From a virus (Duplodnaviria; Caudoviricetes): a stretch of 26,550 nucleotides of DNA. The notes beneath the pieces are model-generated. The model searched no databases. It was not told the DNA's origin and saw only the letters and a list, made by a program, of their open reading frames with translations. This document shows positions 9,130 through 17,391 of this stretch, piece after piece. The stretch covers positions 1-26,550 of IMG/VR virus record IMGVR_UViG_3300005077_000176; one strand, given 5' to 3'. Every line of letters starts with the position of its first letter. The stretch's first letter is position 1. Both the position numbers and the translations under genes were made by a program.

Positions 9130-10263
9130 CTACTTGGTGGTGTTGATTTGGAAATGGCGGAGCAGAGCATCCCGGAGAGTTGACGGGCCGGCATCTCGCT
9201 GGACTTCGGCGGGGGCTGGTTGCTCAGACGGAAGGCCGGCAGACTGGACAGCGCCACTACGATTTACGGCAACACCGTCTGTTTGCGGATCAAGCGACAG
9301 GTCAACTTCGTCAGGCACAGGTTCGATTTCAGCCACATCGCCCAGGGCTTGCTCCGTGATCTGCGGAGCCTCCGCCAGGGCCTTTATGGATTTGAAATCT
9401 GCCTGTAAGTCTGCCAACTGACCCGCCAGAGAAGCAACCAGGCTATTCAGGGCGGCCAGGCTCTCTTCGAGCGTGGCAGTAGCAGGAGCCGGTTCGTCCG
9501 TCGATTCCTCTAGCTCAGGCTCTTGAACAGCGGTGTGATCTTCTGATGGAGGATCGGCATCATCGAGTACTGCCACCGGCTCGACATCAGTTGTCGACTC
9601 AACGTCCGGTTCGACTTCAGCTTCAACTTCCTGCTCAACTTCACCCTCCTGCTCAGGCTCAACATTATCTTTGAGTTCTTCGATAACAGGCTGAGATTCA
9701 GGCGTGCTGCCCTCAATGGCTTGAATAGCGCTTGACACGCTTTCCAGGCCAAACGTCCGCACCATCAGTGCTACGCTCTGATCAACCGGAAGACTCCGCA
9801 AAAGCGCATCATAGTTCGCAGGATGGTCCACCAGGCTGATTTCTGCCAGCGTGTACGCATTGATCACGTAACCACCGTCCTGGAGAGGATCAAGGTCTTT
9901 GTAGTCAACAAAAATCCCGATGCTCAGGGCCGGCAGCAAGCCGTTCTCGACCAGGAAGATTGCATGCGGATCGATGACTTCGATCTCCAGTTCATTCCAT
10001 TCGAGACCGTCTTCTTCGCCGATCCGGGTCACTTTACCAACCGGGATGGGCTGGTGCATCAGGCGGATATTCTTCCATTGGCGATACTTCGGAAGCGCCG
10101 TTTCAGTGGCCGCACGGGTGATGATGTCACCATACTCATCCTTGTTATCGGATGTGAAGTACCCGCTGATCAGCAGGGAAGACCTTTCAGTCTTTTCCAT
10201 GCTCTTGTTGAGTGAGGCATGAAACACTTTTTGCCGGATATTTTCAGCCATTGGTCTCTCCAT
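9130..10263 (-). CDS. Prohead protease fused to an acidic scaffold-like C-terminus (likely start ATG 10251)
   Basis: Contains GYFTSDNKDEYGDII, IRLMHQ (His), ALSIG (Ser) and EISLVDHPAN motifs. The tail is Glu/Pro-rich with a coiled coil. Confidence 0.9.
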   Translation of the reverse strand: MERPMAENIRQKVFHASLNKSMEKTERSSLLISGYFTSDNKDEYGDIITRAATETALPKYRQWKNIRLMHQPIPVGKVTRIGEEDGLEWNELEIEVIDPHAIFLVENGLLPALSIGIFVDYKDLDPLQDGGYVINAYTLAEISLVDHPANYDALLRSLPVDQSVALMVRTFGLESVSSAIQAIEGSTPESQPVIEELKDNVEPEQEGEVEQEVEAEVEPDVESTTDVEPVAVLDDADPPSEDHTAVQEPELEESTDEPAPATATLEESLAALNSLVASLAGQLADLQADFKSIKALAEAPQITEQALGDVAEIEPVPDEVDLSLDPQTDGVAVNRSGAVQSAGLPSEQPAPAEVQRDAGPSTLRDALLRHFQINTTK

Positions 10264-10267
10264 CCTC

Positions 10268-10543
10268 CTACCCGGCGTTCGTGCGGGCAGCGGCCAGAAT
10301 GGTTTCGGATAACCCGCCGTAGACTTTCAGTAACTCGTTGGATGGCACATCCAGCACCATCTCACAGGTGATTGCGGTCTGACCACCCTGAAACTCCAGG
10401 GGGGCAGGCCAGTTTTTCTTCCACTTCGCATACAACTTCGAACAGGCAGCATCATCCAGGTAGGCGTCGATCATTGTGCCCTTCGCATAGGATGTGCCCT
10501 GGCGATAAAAACGGGAAGTAACACTACCAGGAACAATGTTCAT
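10268..10543 (-). CDS. Hypothetical protein upstream of the protease
   Basis: 91 aa ORF with SD GGGAG, first gene after a late-promoter motif. Confidence 0.7.
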   Translation of the reverse strand: MNIVPGSVTSRFYRQGTSYAKGTMIDAYLDDAACSKLYAKWKKNWPAPLEFQGGQTAITCEMVLDVPSNELLKVYGGLSETILAAARTNAG

Positions 10544-10556
10544 AACAACTCACTCC

Positions 10557-10588
10557 CTTCAATTGATTACGCACAGAAAATGCAAAAA
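10557..10588 (-). promoter_or_regulatory. Putative phage late promoter (copy upstream of the protease-capsid unit)
   Basis: TTTTTGCATTT-12 nt-CAATTGAAG. Confidence 0.75.
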
Positions 10589-10589
10589 C

Positions 10590-10892
10590 TCACGGAATCT
10601 GATCTTGTTTGTGTACAGCCCTGCCCAGCTGCGCAATCATGGCATGAGCGGCCTCGGCTGCAACGGCATTCACAAGCTGGTAAACGGCCTTGACAATTGG
10701 ATCAGAAGTGAAGAACACCTTGCGCGCGCCGCACTTCGGACAGGTCACAGCCAGGTTTGGACCACTCGTATGCATATACTCACCCGCAACCACCGGATAA
10801 AGCTCGCCCCCAACCATGCGCCCCAAGGAAGCCCCGCACTGAATGCACAACCAGTCACTTTTGCTTTTGCCAACCGGCAACTCTTTTTCCAT
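10590..10892 (-). CDS. Zinc-ribbon protein (CxxC...CxxC)
   Basis: Contains CIQC and CPKC. Translationally coupled to the portal stop (GTGATG), SD GGAGG. Confidence 0.75.
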   Translation of the reverse strand: MEKELPVGKSKSDWLCIQCGASLGRMVGGELYPVVAGEYMHTSGPNLAVTCPKCGARKVFFTSDPIVKAVYQLVNAVAAEAAHAMIAQLGRAVHKQDQIP

Positions 10893-12514
10893 CACGCCTC
10901 CAAAATCAATTCTTCGATCAGTCCGGAGAACTGGTCGAACACAGCCTGAACTTCAGCGGCAGAACTTGCTGCATCCAGCATTGCCTGGACGCTATCTTGA
11001 ATGTCCTCTGGAATCATCTCAGAATAGAAGCGACGAAGCGGGAATTTTCCAGCCTTCGCCCGTTTCAGGGCAAAGCTGCGCCAGCGGCGAACTTCCTGCA
11101 AAAAGCGATCCTGGGAGGATTCATCGTGCTGGTCCCCCCGAACCGGATCGGCGTCTGTCCCATTCGGCTCACCCACCTGCCCAGGATCACCGGGGTCAGG
11201 TTGTCTCCCTTCAGGCGGGCTTCCCTGCGGGTTCTCGATGGACATATCCGGATCGAAGGTGTGCTGATCCCGGAAGTCATCCCCCAAATCATCCGACCTG
11301 GGTGTTTTGCCCAGGTCATAGCGAATCTCATTCGGAGTGAGGGCACCAATCTGCCAGTAGCGCATGTGGACAGTTGCCCGTTCGACGGCATTCAAAAAGT
11401 CCGGGTTATTGAATTTCAGTGTCCAGCCGGGGATACTGAATTCACGAGTATGTACCTGCTCGTACAGGCCAATCTCGACAAAAGTAAACAGAGGCAGAAG
11501 GCTGGTCTCATGAAACTCCCTGCGCAGCTCACGCAGATTTGCGTTGGTCATATAGTCCGACAGACCGAGCTTTCCGCCGTTGACGCCGATCAGCGCAAGC
11601 TCTTCATCCCTGGCTTCTTTCCGGGACTCCTGGTAGGGAAGAGCGTTCGGCAATGGGCGCAGTTCTGTAACCTTGAGATCGCCTTGAACGGCAATTGGAT
11701 TTCTACCTACATTGGCCGCCCCGGCATGCCGGTTTTCCATCTCGGTGACAAAGTTGTCAAAAGCCTCTGAGGAAATATCTGCGGGAAGGGAGTAGACGAC
11801 TTCGGGCCGGTCCCGGTTTTTCATGTACTCACGGGCGGCGACCATCAGGTACAGGTCAATTGGCAGGGTATAGGTCGAGAGCGCCTCTACGTCCGTCCCA
11901 CCAAGTGGCGATCCTTCCCAGTCGGGCAACATCAGAAATACGATATCGCGGGGATCACGGAACTCCGTGAATACAGCTGGATTTCGCTCCGGGTATTGAA
12001 CGAATGCAGGTGTCTTGAAATTGCCATAACGGTCAACATTTGGAACGACCAGGCCATGCAGAAAATCCAGCCCAAGTGGGGTATCGTTTTTATCCCGGAT
12101 GATCTGAAAAGCCGCCTGCCCGAAGAAGCGCAGGTACTGGGTTGCGATCATGATCTTATAGGCCATGTTCTGGTAGTCTTTGATATTGTCCCAGACCCGG
12201 TTTTTATACAGATAGAAATCGAGCAGCTTTTTACGCTGGCGCTCTGTCGCAGCCCCCCCGTACTCAGCATGCCGGCGAAGTGACCACCATGCCCCGACAG
12301 CAGACCGGCCAATGACACTCATCGCACTGCGGATGTAGCCATGCTGTTTGACGGTGTCCATCAAGTCCCAAAAGTTGGAAAACCGGCGCAAGAGCGGATC
12401 TTTTACCAGTGCATCAAGCCGATTGCCAGCGGCCTGGATACCAGGCTGGCGGGAGCGGATTACGGCCAGCTTCGCGTTTGTGTTGTCACCAAGTGTGCTA
12501 AAAATTCCAGGCAC
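10892..12514 (-). CDS. Portal protein, 540 aa
   Basis: Start revised to GTG 12514 (SD AGGAGG, 5 nt spacing). HK97-type portal features include HAGAANVG, LALIGV and GALTPNEIRYDLG. Confidence 0.93.
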   Translation of the reverse strand: MPGIFSTLGDNTNAKLAVIRSRQPGIQAAGNRLDALVKDPLLRRFSNFWDLMDTVKQHGYIRSAMSVIGRSAVGAWWSLRRHAEYGGAATERQRKKLLDFYLYKNRVWDNIKDYQNMAYKIMIATQYLRFFGQAAFQIIRDKNDTPLGLDFLHGLVVPNVDRYGNFKTPAFVQYPERNPAVFTEFRDPRDIVFLMLPDWEGSPLGGTDVEALSTYTLPIDLYLMVAAREYMKNRDRPEVVYSLPADISSEAFDNFVTEMENRHAGAANVGRNPIAVQGDLKVTELRPLPNALPYQESRKEARDEELALIGVNGGKLGLSDYMTNANLRELRREFHETSLLPLFTFVEIGLYEQVHTREFSIPGWTLKFNNPDFLNAVERATVHMRYWQIGALTPNEIRYDLGKTPRSDDLGDDFRDQHTFDPDMSIENPQGSPPEGRQPDPGDPGQVGEPNGTDADPVRGDQHDESSQDRFLQEVRRWRSFALKRAKAGKFPLRRFYSEMIPEDIQDSVQAMLDAASSAAEVQAVFDQFSGLIEELILEA

Positions 12515-12547
12515 GCCGTCCTCCTCGAAAGATAAACGCTCTATGTT

Positions 12548-12579
12548 CTTCAATCGAATGGGAGCTTCAAAAGAAAAAA
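12548..12579 (-). promoter_or_regulatory. Putative phage late promoter (copy upstream of portal)
   Basis: TTTTTTCTTTT-12 nt-CGATTGAAG. Confidence 0.72.
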
Positions 12580-12602
12580 GCCACCCATAAACGGCGGCTT
12601 TT
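12569..12602 (-). terminator. Intrinsic terminator after the moron gene
   Basis: AAAAGCCGCC-GTTTATG-GGTGGCTTTT followed by TTCTTTT. Confidence 0.85.
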
Positions 12603-12629
12603 CCCTGTTTCTGCGATAGCCATAAACAG

Positions 12630-12986
12630 CTAGGGATAGACGGTTGGATCGATCAACGGTGGCAGGTACGGATCAGGGGTCACAGGCGCTTCGGTAGGTT
12701 CCGTGGCAAGCAGATCGGTGGGGGTACTTTCTGCCTGGTCAATTTGGATTGGGACCGGGCAATCGGCAGCAACGGTAAAGCCATCACCAGTAAACGTCAC
12801 CCCAGTCACGGAGCAGGTAATCCCGGTGCCCACCGGAATGGAGACAGGCGAATGAAATTGAATTGGAAGGATCGCCCCAGGCGGAAGATCAAAAAAACTG
12901 TGGATTGCGATAGGCGCAGTGACCGATACCGCTATGACCGCTGCTACAACTCCCCACTTTCCTGCTTTCTGGAAAACTTTGCGCAT
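12630..12986 (-). CDS. Exported or membrane-anchored protein (moron), 118 aa
   Basis: Basic N-terminus plus hydrophobic helix, a Cys pair and a Pro/Thr-rich tail. SD AGGAGG. It has its own promoter and terminator. Confidence 0.8.
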   Translation of the reverse strand: MRKVFQKAGKWGVVAAVIAVSVTAPIAIHSFFDLPPGAILPIQFHSPVSIPVGTGITCSVTGVTFTGDGFTVAADCPVPIQIDQAESTPTDLLATEPTEAPVTPDPYLPPLIDPTVYP

Positions 12987-13069
12987 ACCTTCCTCCTGAA
13001 TAGAAATTTTGGAAGGGACATCAACCCCCAGAATGCCCCTTCCATCTCGGAGACCACAACCCGCTTATT

Positions 13070-13098
13070 ATTATAGCATAAAAACAGTAATAGATCAA
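13070..13098 (-). promoter_or_regulatory. Host sigma70-type promoter driving the moron
   Basis: TTGATC-17 nt-TATAAT with an extended TG. Confidence 0.85.
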
Positions 13099-13106
13099 GA
13101 GTAAAC

Positions 13107-13688
13107 TTACCAGGTCCTTGCCCCTAGTTCTATCAGCTTTAGATAGTTCCGCCGAACGACCCGGGCACCTTCGAGAGCGTCATGGATGGCAGGCTCGGGT
13201 TCCACCCCAAGGGCTAAACTGATATTCTCCCCGCTCCTGTATTTCAGGTAGGGTAAAACCCGGCGGTTCACCAGGATAGAATGTAGATCGCGGATATCGA
13301 TGGGGTCAGTGAGCGGGAAGTTGATCATTGCCAGCTGCCCGGCCATGAAGTACTGCAAAAAGCGCAGATCGAATACAGGGTTCTGGCCGACATACTCAAA
13401 CGACCTGGCGGTCACACCGTTCTCTACCGCCCATCCACAAAAAGCGTCAACCGCATCATTGAACGGGATGCCATCTTCCATCAGGCGCTGATAAGTCAGC
13501 CCATTTACTTCAAGCGCCTTGGGGGATGAGGCTGACCATTGGGAGATGGTCGGGCGAACCAGGATAGAGAACTCTGTAGGCTCACGCTTTTTGGTCGTGG
13601 CAATGCACGCGCCAATCCCCAGGATCACTGCGCCGTGATCGGGGGAAAGTCCGGATGTTTCAAGATCAACGAAAACCTGACTTTTCAT
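13107..13688 (-). CDS. DEDD-family 3'-5' exonuclease (DnaQ-like)
   Basis: ExoI VDLETSG, ExoII GQNPVFD and ExoIII-like HDALEG motifs. SD AGGAGAGG, ATGA overlap with the upstream gene. Confidence 0.9.
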   Translation of the reverse strand: MKSQVFVDLETSGLSPDHGAVILGIGACIATTKKREPTEFSILVRPTISQWSASSPKALEVNGLTYQRLMEDGIPFNDAVDAFCGWAVENGVTARSFEYVGQNPVFDLRFLQYFMAGQLAMINFPLTDPIDIRDLHSILVNRRVLPYLKYRSGENISLALGVEPEPAIHDALEGARVVRRNYLKLIELGARTW

Positions 13689-13927
13689 TTCCTCTCCTGT
13701 TGGGTAAGTCTGAGCAAGCGCACATCGTCAGACTGCACTAAAAGTACGTTGTAGTCCCTAAGCTGATCCACGGCATTTCTGACAACTTCAAAATCCAGCG
13801 ATTCTGGAATGATCAGGATGTGCTTATCCGCCGGATCGAGCGTGAGGATGTGAGACTGGATCAATTCTGTAGCTCTGGCATCGACAAGCGAACGGACGAG
13901 CGCCTTAAGTGGGTTGCGCATGGGCAT
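13685..13927 (-). CDS. Hypothetical protein, about 80 aa
   Basis: Start revised to ATG 13927 (or 13921), preceded by AGAAAGG. Coupled to the exonuclease. Confidence 0.65.
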   Translation of the reverse strand: MPMRNPLKALVRSLVDARATELIQSHILTLDPADKHILIIPESLDFEVVRNAVDQLRDYNVLLVQSDDVRLLRLTQQERK

Positions 13928-13929
13928 CT

Positions 13930-14644
13930 TCGCCTTTCTGCTGCATGATTCAGCAATTCGTTTTTTGACCAGGGGAGGCTCTTCGGTCACGGCGTGCAGG
14001 TAGACTCCTGGCATAATGTACTTATTTCAAGTTCTTTCAATTCGTCTATTTAATATCACAGTAACTTTAATGCCCTTTTTGTATTGGAGGTCTTTTTTTT
14101 AGGGTGCTTATTTAATCTTACAAAGTCTTTAACGTTTTTTTTAGAACGTCATATTTTTAATTCCATTGCTTTTCTTATTTCATCTCAGCACCTTTACAAC
14201 CCACTTAAGGAAAGTACTTAAAGCTTTTAGTACTTTCTCCAGCGACACTTATCTTCAGGTTGCACCTGTTGACGAACGAAACAGATTGACGGATTCCCCC
14301 AAATACGCCAGAAGATTCCGAATTACAGAAAGTAATTGGAATTATCGTCTTCATGGCGTATTGGAGAACGATACTTTTTGACGGTATCTTGATGTGGTGT
14401 CAGGCTCGCCCAGGTCTGCTTTTACCGAGCACGGAGAGAAGGCTCCGTTCCACCACATCCCCACTTCAGGACGGGGTATACATTTGCAGGTCCCCAGGTT
14501 TCCGATTCTCGGTCCACCCGGCACAGCCCTCGAACTGTGGTTTTGCCTGCTCTGGGAATTGTAAGAGGAATTGTTGATACGATAGATCAATGCCCGTCAG
14601 CGGCCTTTATAGCCAGTTTTTGCGTTGCTGCTCCACAGCATTGC
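13930..14644. other. Long non-coding interval with an AT-rich core, a palindrome and several hairpins
   Basis: No convincing ORF with an SD. T8-AG tracts at 14093 and 14135, a 28 bp near-perfect palindrome at 14210-14237 and a long hairpin at 14299-14363. Confidence 0.6.
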
Positions 14645-16447
14645 TCACTGCCACACCAGCGGGAATGGAATCGCCTCCATCCAGACCCTTTCGTGGGCTT
14701 GATATTGGCGCAACTGGTCTTTGGGCACCTCAGACAGGAGCGCGATGATTTGGCGAGTCGTTTCGGCATCAACGACTTCGCTTTGCTCAGGTGCTTCTGG
14801 ATTGTCCGTGGATTTCGACCCGCCAATCACAGCCATCTTCAGACCTTTCCCCCGGTCGATCTCGATAGCGGTCAGCATATACAGCCAGGCGTGCGCCAGG
14901 TGATCAGCCCGGAGTTTTCTCCAAACGCCTACGGTGGTCTCACCCGCTCTGCTTTTACGGGTTTCCACATCTCGTTTCAGCGCTGTTACCTGGTCGATGA
15001 TCAATTCGACATCCGGATGAAGGGCTGGCGGCGAACCGGGGAGTTGAAACTTACCATTCTTGATCTCAGCCATCAAGTGATCCATACCGGATGTGCGATC
15101 GATGGTCACATTGGTCTTCACGTTGCCAAGTTTTGTCGAACCGGCTTTCGCATTCCAGATCTGCTTCTGTTCGATATAGTCTGCAACCAGGAAGCGGCCC
15201 GGAAACTGGTGGACCTGCTCGATCATCCCGTGCCGGTTTGGATTGGCATCGCCTACTGCTTTGCGGACGTGAAAAACTTCCATCAGCTGGCTGAGCCTTC
15301 GGAATCCCCGTTCCATCGGGACCAGTTCAACATGCACGATCCTTGGCCGGCGGGAATTTGGAGGCACTTTGCAGATCAGAACCTGCAGTTCGTTACCCTG
15401 ATCGACGCCGAGATAGTATCCAGATTCGCCATCCCACCCCGGCTCGAACTCATAAGGCTCGTCAAAACAGGCCGCCAGAAAATCATCCCGATCCAATGAA
15501 CCGCCCCCGATCTCATAGGGCTTTCCAAGCCGTTTTCGATAAAACTCGACCAGCCTGGTCGTGGGATCCCGGAAAATCTTGTGCAGTTCGTCCGCTGGCG
15601 TAGTCAGCATCTGGTGGACATGGAATCCGACCAGGTCATTCGACAGGTCAGGATGTTGCGCAACCCACCGGCCCGTTTGCATGTGTGCTACGGTGATCTC
15701 GGCATTGCAGGAAGCACAACCGTAGAATACTTTATCTGGGCGCATCACCGGACCGACGACTCGCAGGTTGCTCTCCCACTCGATCGGCTGTTCGTATCCG
15801 CATTTCGGGCACTTGACCAGCCATTCTCTCATATCGGACGCGCCGTAGATCCCATGCACACCGAAGTTCGGAACAGTCGGTGTGGAGAGATAGTTGACGA
15901 TCTTCCAGCGAGACGCATCCAGACGGTTAATCGCCGTAGCCATGTGTTCCTGGTCGCTTAAATCGACTTCGTCCACCAGCAGCATGTCCGCTGGCATCAT
16001 GCGGGGTTCGGTGGTCAGCTCCATGAAGAACAGGTAACTGTCGCCGATCCGTTTGGAGTGAGCGCTGTCGGGACTGCCAAGTTTTGAGGACAGATAGGTC
16101 GACGCCCGGATCATCGGGTCTACCCGGGTGGCGACCAGGTCCAACAAGTCCTGCTGGCGTGGGAGCGTGTAGAACACACGCACCGGCCAGTTCGTGGCAA
16201 AGTGGAGCATCCTGACCATGGCCCAGGTGGATATTCCGGCCTGGGTCGACTTGGTTACGACAACCCTTCGGGCGTGTTCGGACGGGTATTTTTCGATCAG
16301 CCAGGGGTTTGCGGTCTGATAGATTTCTGTAGCCCAGGCACGAGTGCCGACCTCCCATGTCTTTCCATCCAGCAGATCCACATAGGAGATCCCAAACGCA
16401 AGGGGATCCCGCCTGGCCAGGCTTGTAATTTGCTCAGATAAGTTCAT
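14645..16447 (-). CDS. terL: Terminase large subunit (GpA-like ATPase plus nuclease)
   Basis: Walker A-like TKSTQAGIS, Walker B LLVDEVD, coupling motif YLSTPT, CPKC/CASC zinc site, and nuclease motifs LGVDQG and DHLAHA. Confidence 0.95.
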   Translation of the reverse strand: MNLSEQITSLARRDPLAFGISYVDLLDGKTWEVGTRAWATEIYQTANPWLIEKYPSEHARRVVVTKSTQAGISTWAMVRMLHFATNWPVRVFYTLPRQQDLLDLVATRVDPMIRASTYLSSKLGSPDSAHSKRIGDSYLFFMELTTEPRMMPADMLLVDEVDLSDQEHMATAINRLDASRWKIVNYLSTPTVPNFGVHGIYGASDMREWLVKCPKCGYEQPIEWESNLRVVGPVMRPDKVFYGCASCNAEITVAHMQTGRWVAQHPDLSNDLVGFHVHQMLTTPADELHKIFRDPTTRLVEFYRKRLGKPYEIGGGSLDRDDFLAACFDEPYEFEPGWDGESGYYLGVDQGNELQVLICKVPPNSRRPRIVHVELVPMERGFRRLSQLMEVFHVRKAVGDANPNRHGMIEQVHQFPGRFLVADYIEQKQIWNAKAGSTKLGNVKTNVTIDRTSGMDHLMAEIKNGKFQLPGSPPALHPDVELIIDQVTALKRDVETRKSRAGETTVGVWRKLRADHLAHAWLYMLTAIEIDRGKGLKMAVIGGSKSTDNPEAPEQSEVVDAETTRQIIALLSEVPKDQLRQYQAHERVWMEAIPFPLVWQ

Positions 16448-16453
16448 CGCCGC

Positions 16454-17275
16454 CTATGTTTCACTTCCAAAATCGTAATCACTCACGGCGTTAATCGTTC
16501 CATGATCCAACATGAAGGTAACTTCATACGCAGAAGTGGTCATGCCATGCCGGGTGGATAGGTGGGTCTGCATGTTCTTTATTCGTTTTCCGCAGATCGA
16601 GCACAGCATCCCATCTTCATCCTTATCCGCCTTTCCGAACGCTCCGTAGAATGGCTCGCCGTTTTCGTCAAGGACAGGGCCGGTTGCATCGAGCTTTGGA
16701 TCGATGACTCTGTACACAGCTTCGATAGGTTCCTGGTCTGCATTTCTAACCTGTGCATTGAGCTGCTGCGCCAGGTAATCCAGGGCGTTTTCCTGGGCTT
16801 TCATCACGGTTTCACCCAGTTCGTGGGTTACCGTTATGCCCTGCTGTTGTTGGGCCGCGAAGATGCCGATAAAGTAGCGCGCCTGGGCAGCCAGCACGGT
16901 GAGCACCTTTGGATCTACCCGGGCACCAGCATCGGTCTGGCCGTCAAGTCCAACCTCAAGTATCTCTTTCGATCGGATGATTGCCGTCAGGAAAAGCTGC
17001 TCAAGCTGCGCCAATCGCCATTTCGACAACAGCTTTCTGTTGTCTGCGACCGCTGCCGCAAGCGCAGGGTATTTATTCAACCACATTCGAACCGTTTGCC
17101 TGGTAACCCCCAACTTTTTGGCTACATCTGCTTGAGAAAAACCGGCGAGCATTAGTTCTGCCGCGCGAATGACATCTTCCGGAGCCTCCCCCTCGGACAA
17201 ACTGTCCGTGATTCGCTCAACGATAGCCGCCCAGGTTTCCTTCTCGTCTGCTTTCACCAACGGATTATCGGCCAT
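16454..17275 (-). CDS. Probable terminase small subunit: N-terminal HTH plus C-terminal Ros/MucR-like zinc finger
   Basis: HTH (FSQADVAKKLGVTRQTVRMWL), helical middle and C-terminal CSICGKRIKNMQTHLSTRHGMTTSAYEVTF. Lies immediately upstream of terL. Confidence 0.75.
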   Translation of the reverse strand: MADNPLVKADEKETWAAIVERITDSLSEGEAPEDVIRAAELMLAGFSQADVAKKLGVTRQTVRMWLNKYPALAAAVADNRKLLSKWRLAQLEQLFLTAIIRSKEILEVGLDGQTDAGARVDPKVLTVLAAQARYFIGIFAAQQQQGITVTHELGETVMKAQENALDYLAQQLNAQVRNADQEPIEAVYRVIDPKLDATGPVLDENGEPFYGAFGKADKDEDGMLCSICGKRIKNMQTHLSTRHGMTTSAYEVTFMLDHGTINAVSDYDFGSET

Positions 17276-17292
17276 GTTCTTCTCTCCATCAC

Positions 17293-17324
17293 CTACAATC
17301 GCTTCTGGTGCGGTAAAGCAAACA
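17293..17324 (-). promoter_or_regulatory. Putative phage late promoter (copy upstream of terS)
   Basis: TGTTTGCTTTA-12 nt-CGATTGTAG. Confidence 0.72.
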
Positions 17325-17326
17325 AT

Positions 17327-17356
17327 ACTGACAAACCCACTGATCTCTTTGTCAGT
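17327..17356 (-). terminator. 9 bp inverted repeat; probable terminator of the regulator operon, or a protein-binding site
   Basis: ACTGACAAA-12 nt-TTTGTCAGT, followed on the minus strand by ATTGTTTGCTTT. Confidence 0.5.
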
Positions 17357-17391
17357 CTGGTGACAGCTTGAGGTCCTACCGGCAGCCGCAG

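Noticed and set aside
7816-9183. 455 aa plus-strand ORF, and similar long antisense ORFs at 2771..3715, 3258..3989, 10757..11770, 14537..15499 and 25410..26225
   Set aside because: They mirror well-supported genes on the opposite strand and have no recognisable motifs. They are expected shadows of biased codon usage.
13641-13654. GGGGGAAAGTCCGG resembling the RNase P RNA conserved region
   Set aside because: It is the antisense of exonuclease codons (TSGLSP), and no other RNase P elements are nearby.
14195-14262. Hammerhead-like words on the minus strand (CTGAAGA...GAAA followed by a stem)
   Set aside because: Stem II is poor and no stem I partner follows the would-be cleavage site. The stem is explained by the DNA palindrome.
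14166-14826. Short ORFs in and around the post-terL gap (14166..14381, 14351..14590, 14353..14577, 14587..14826) and a possible intron or frameshift extending terL
   Set aside because: They have no convincing SD or protein-like motifs. TerL already contains ATPase and nuclease motifs, no group I/II intron core was found, and all frames close soon after the terL stop.
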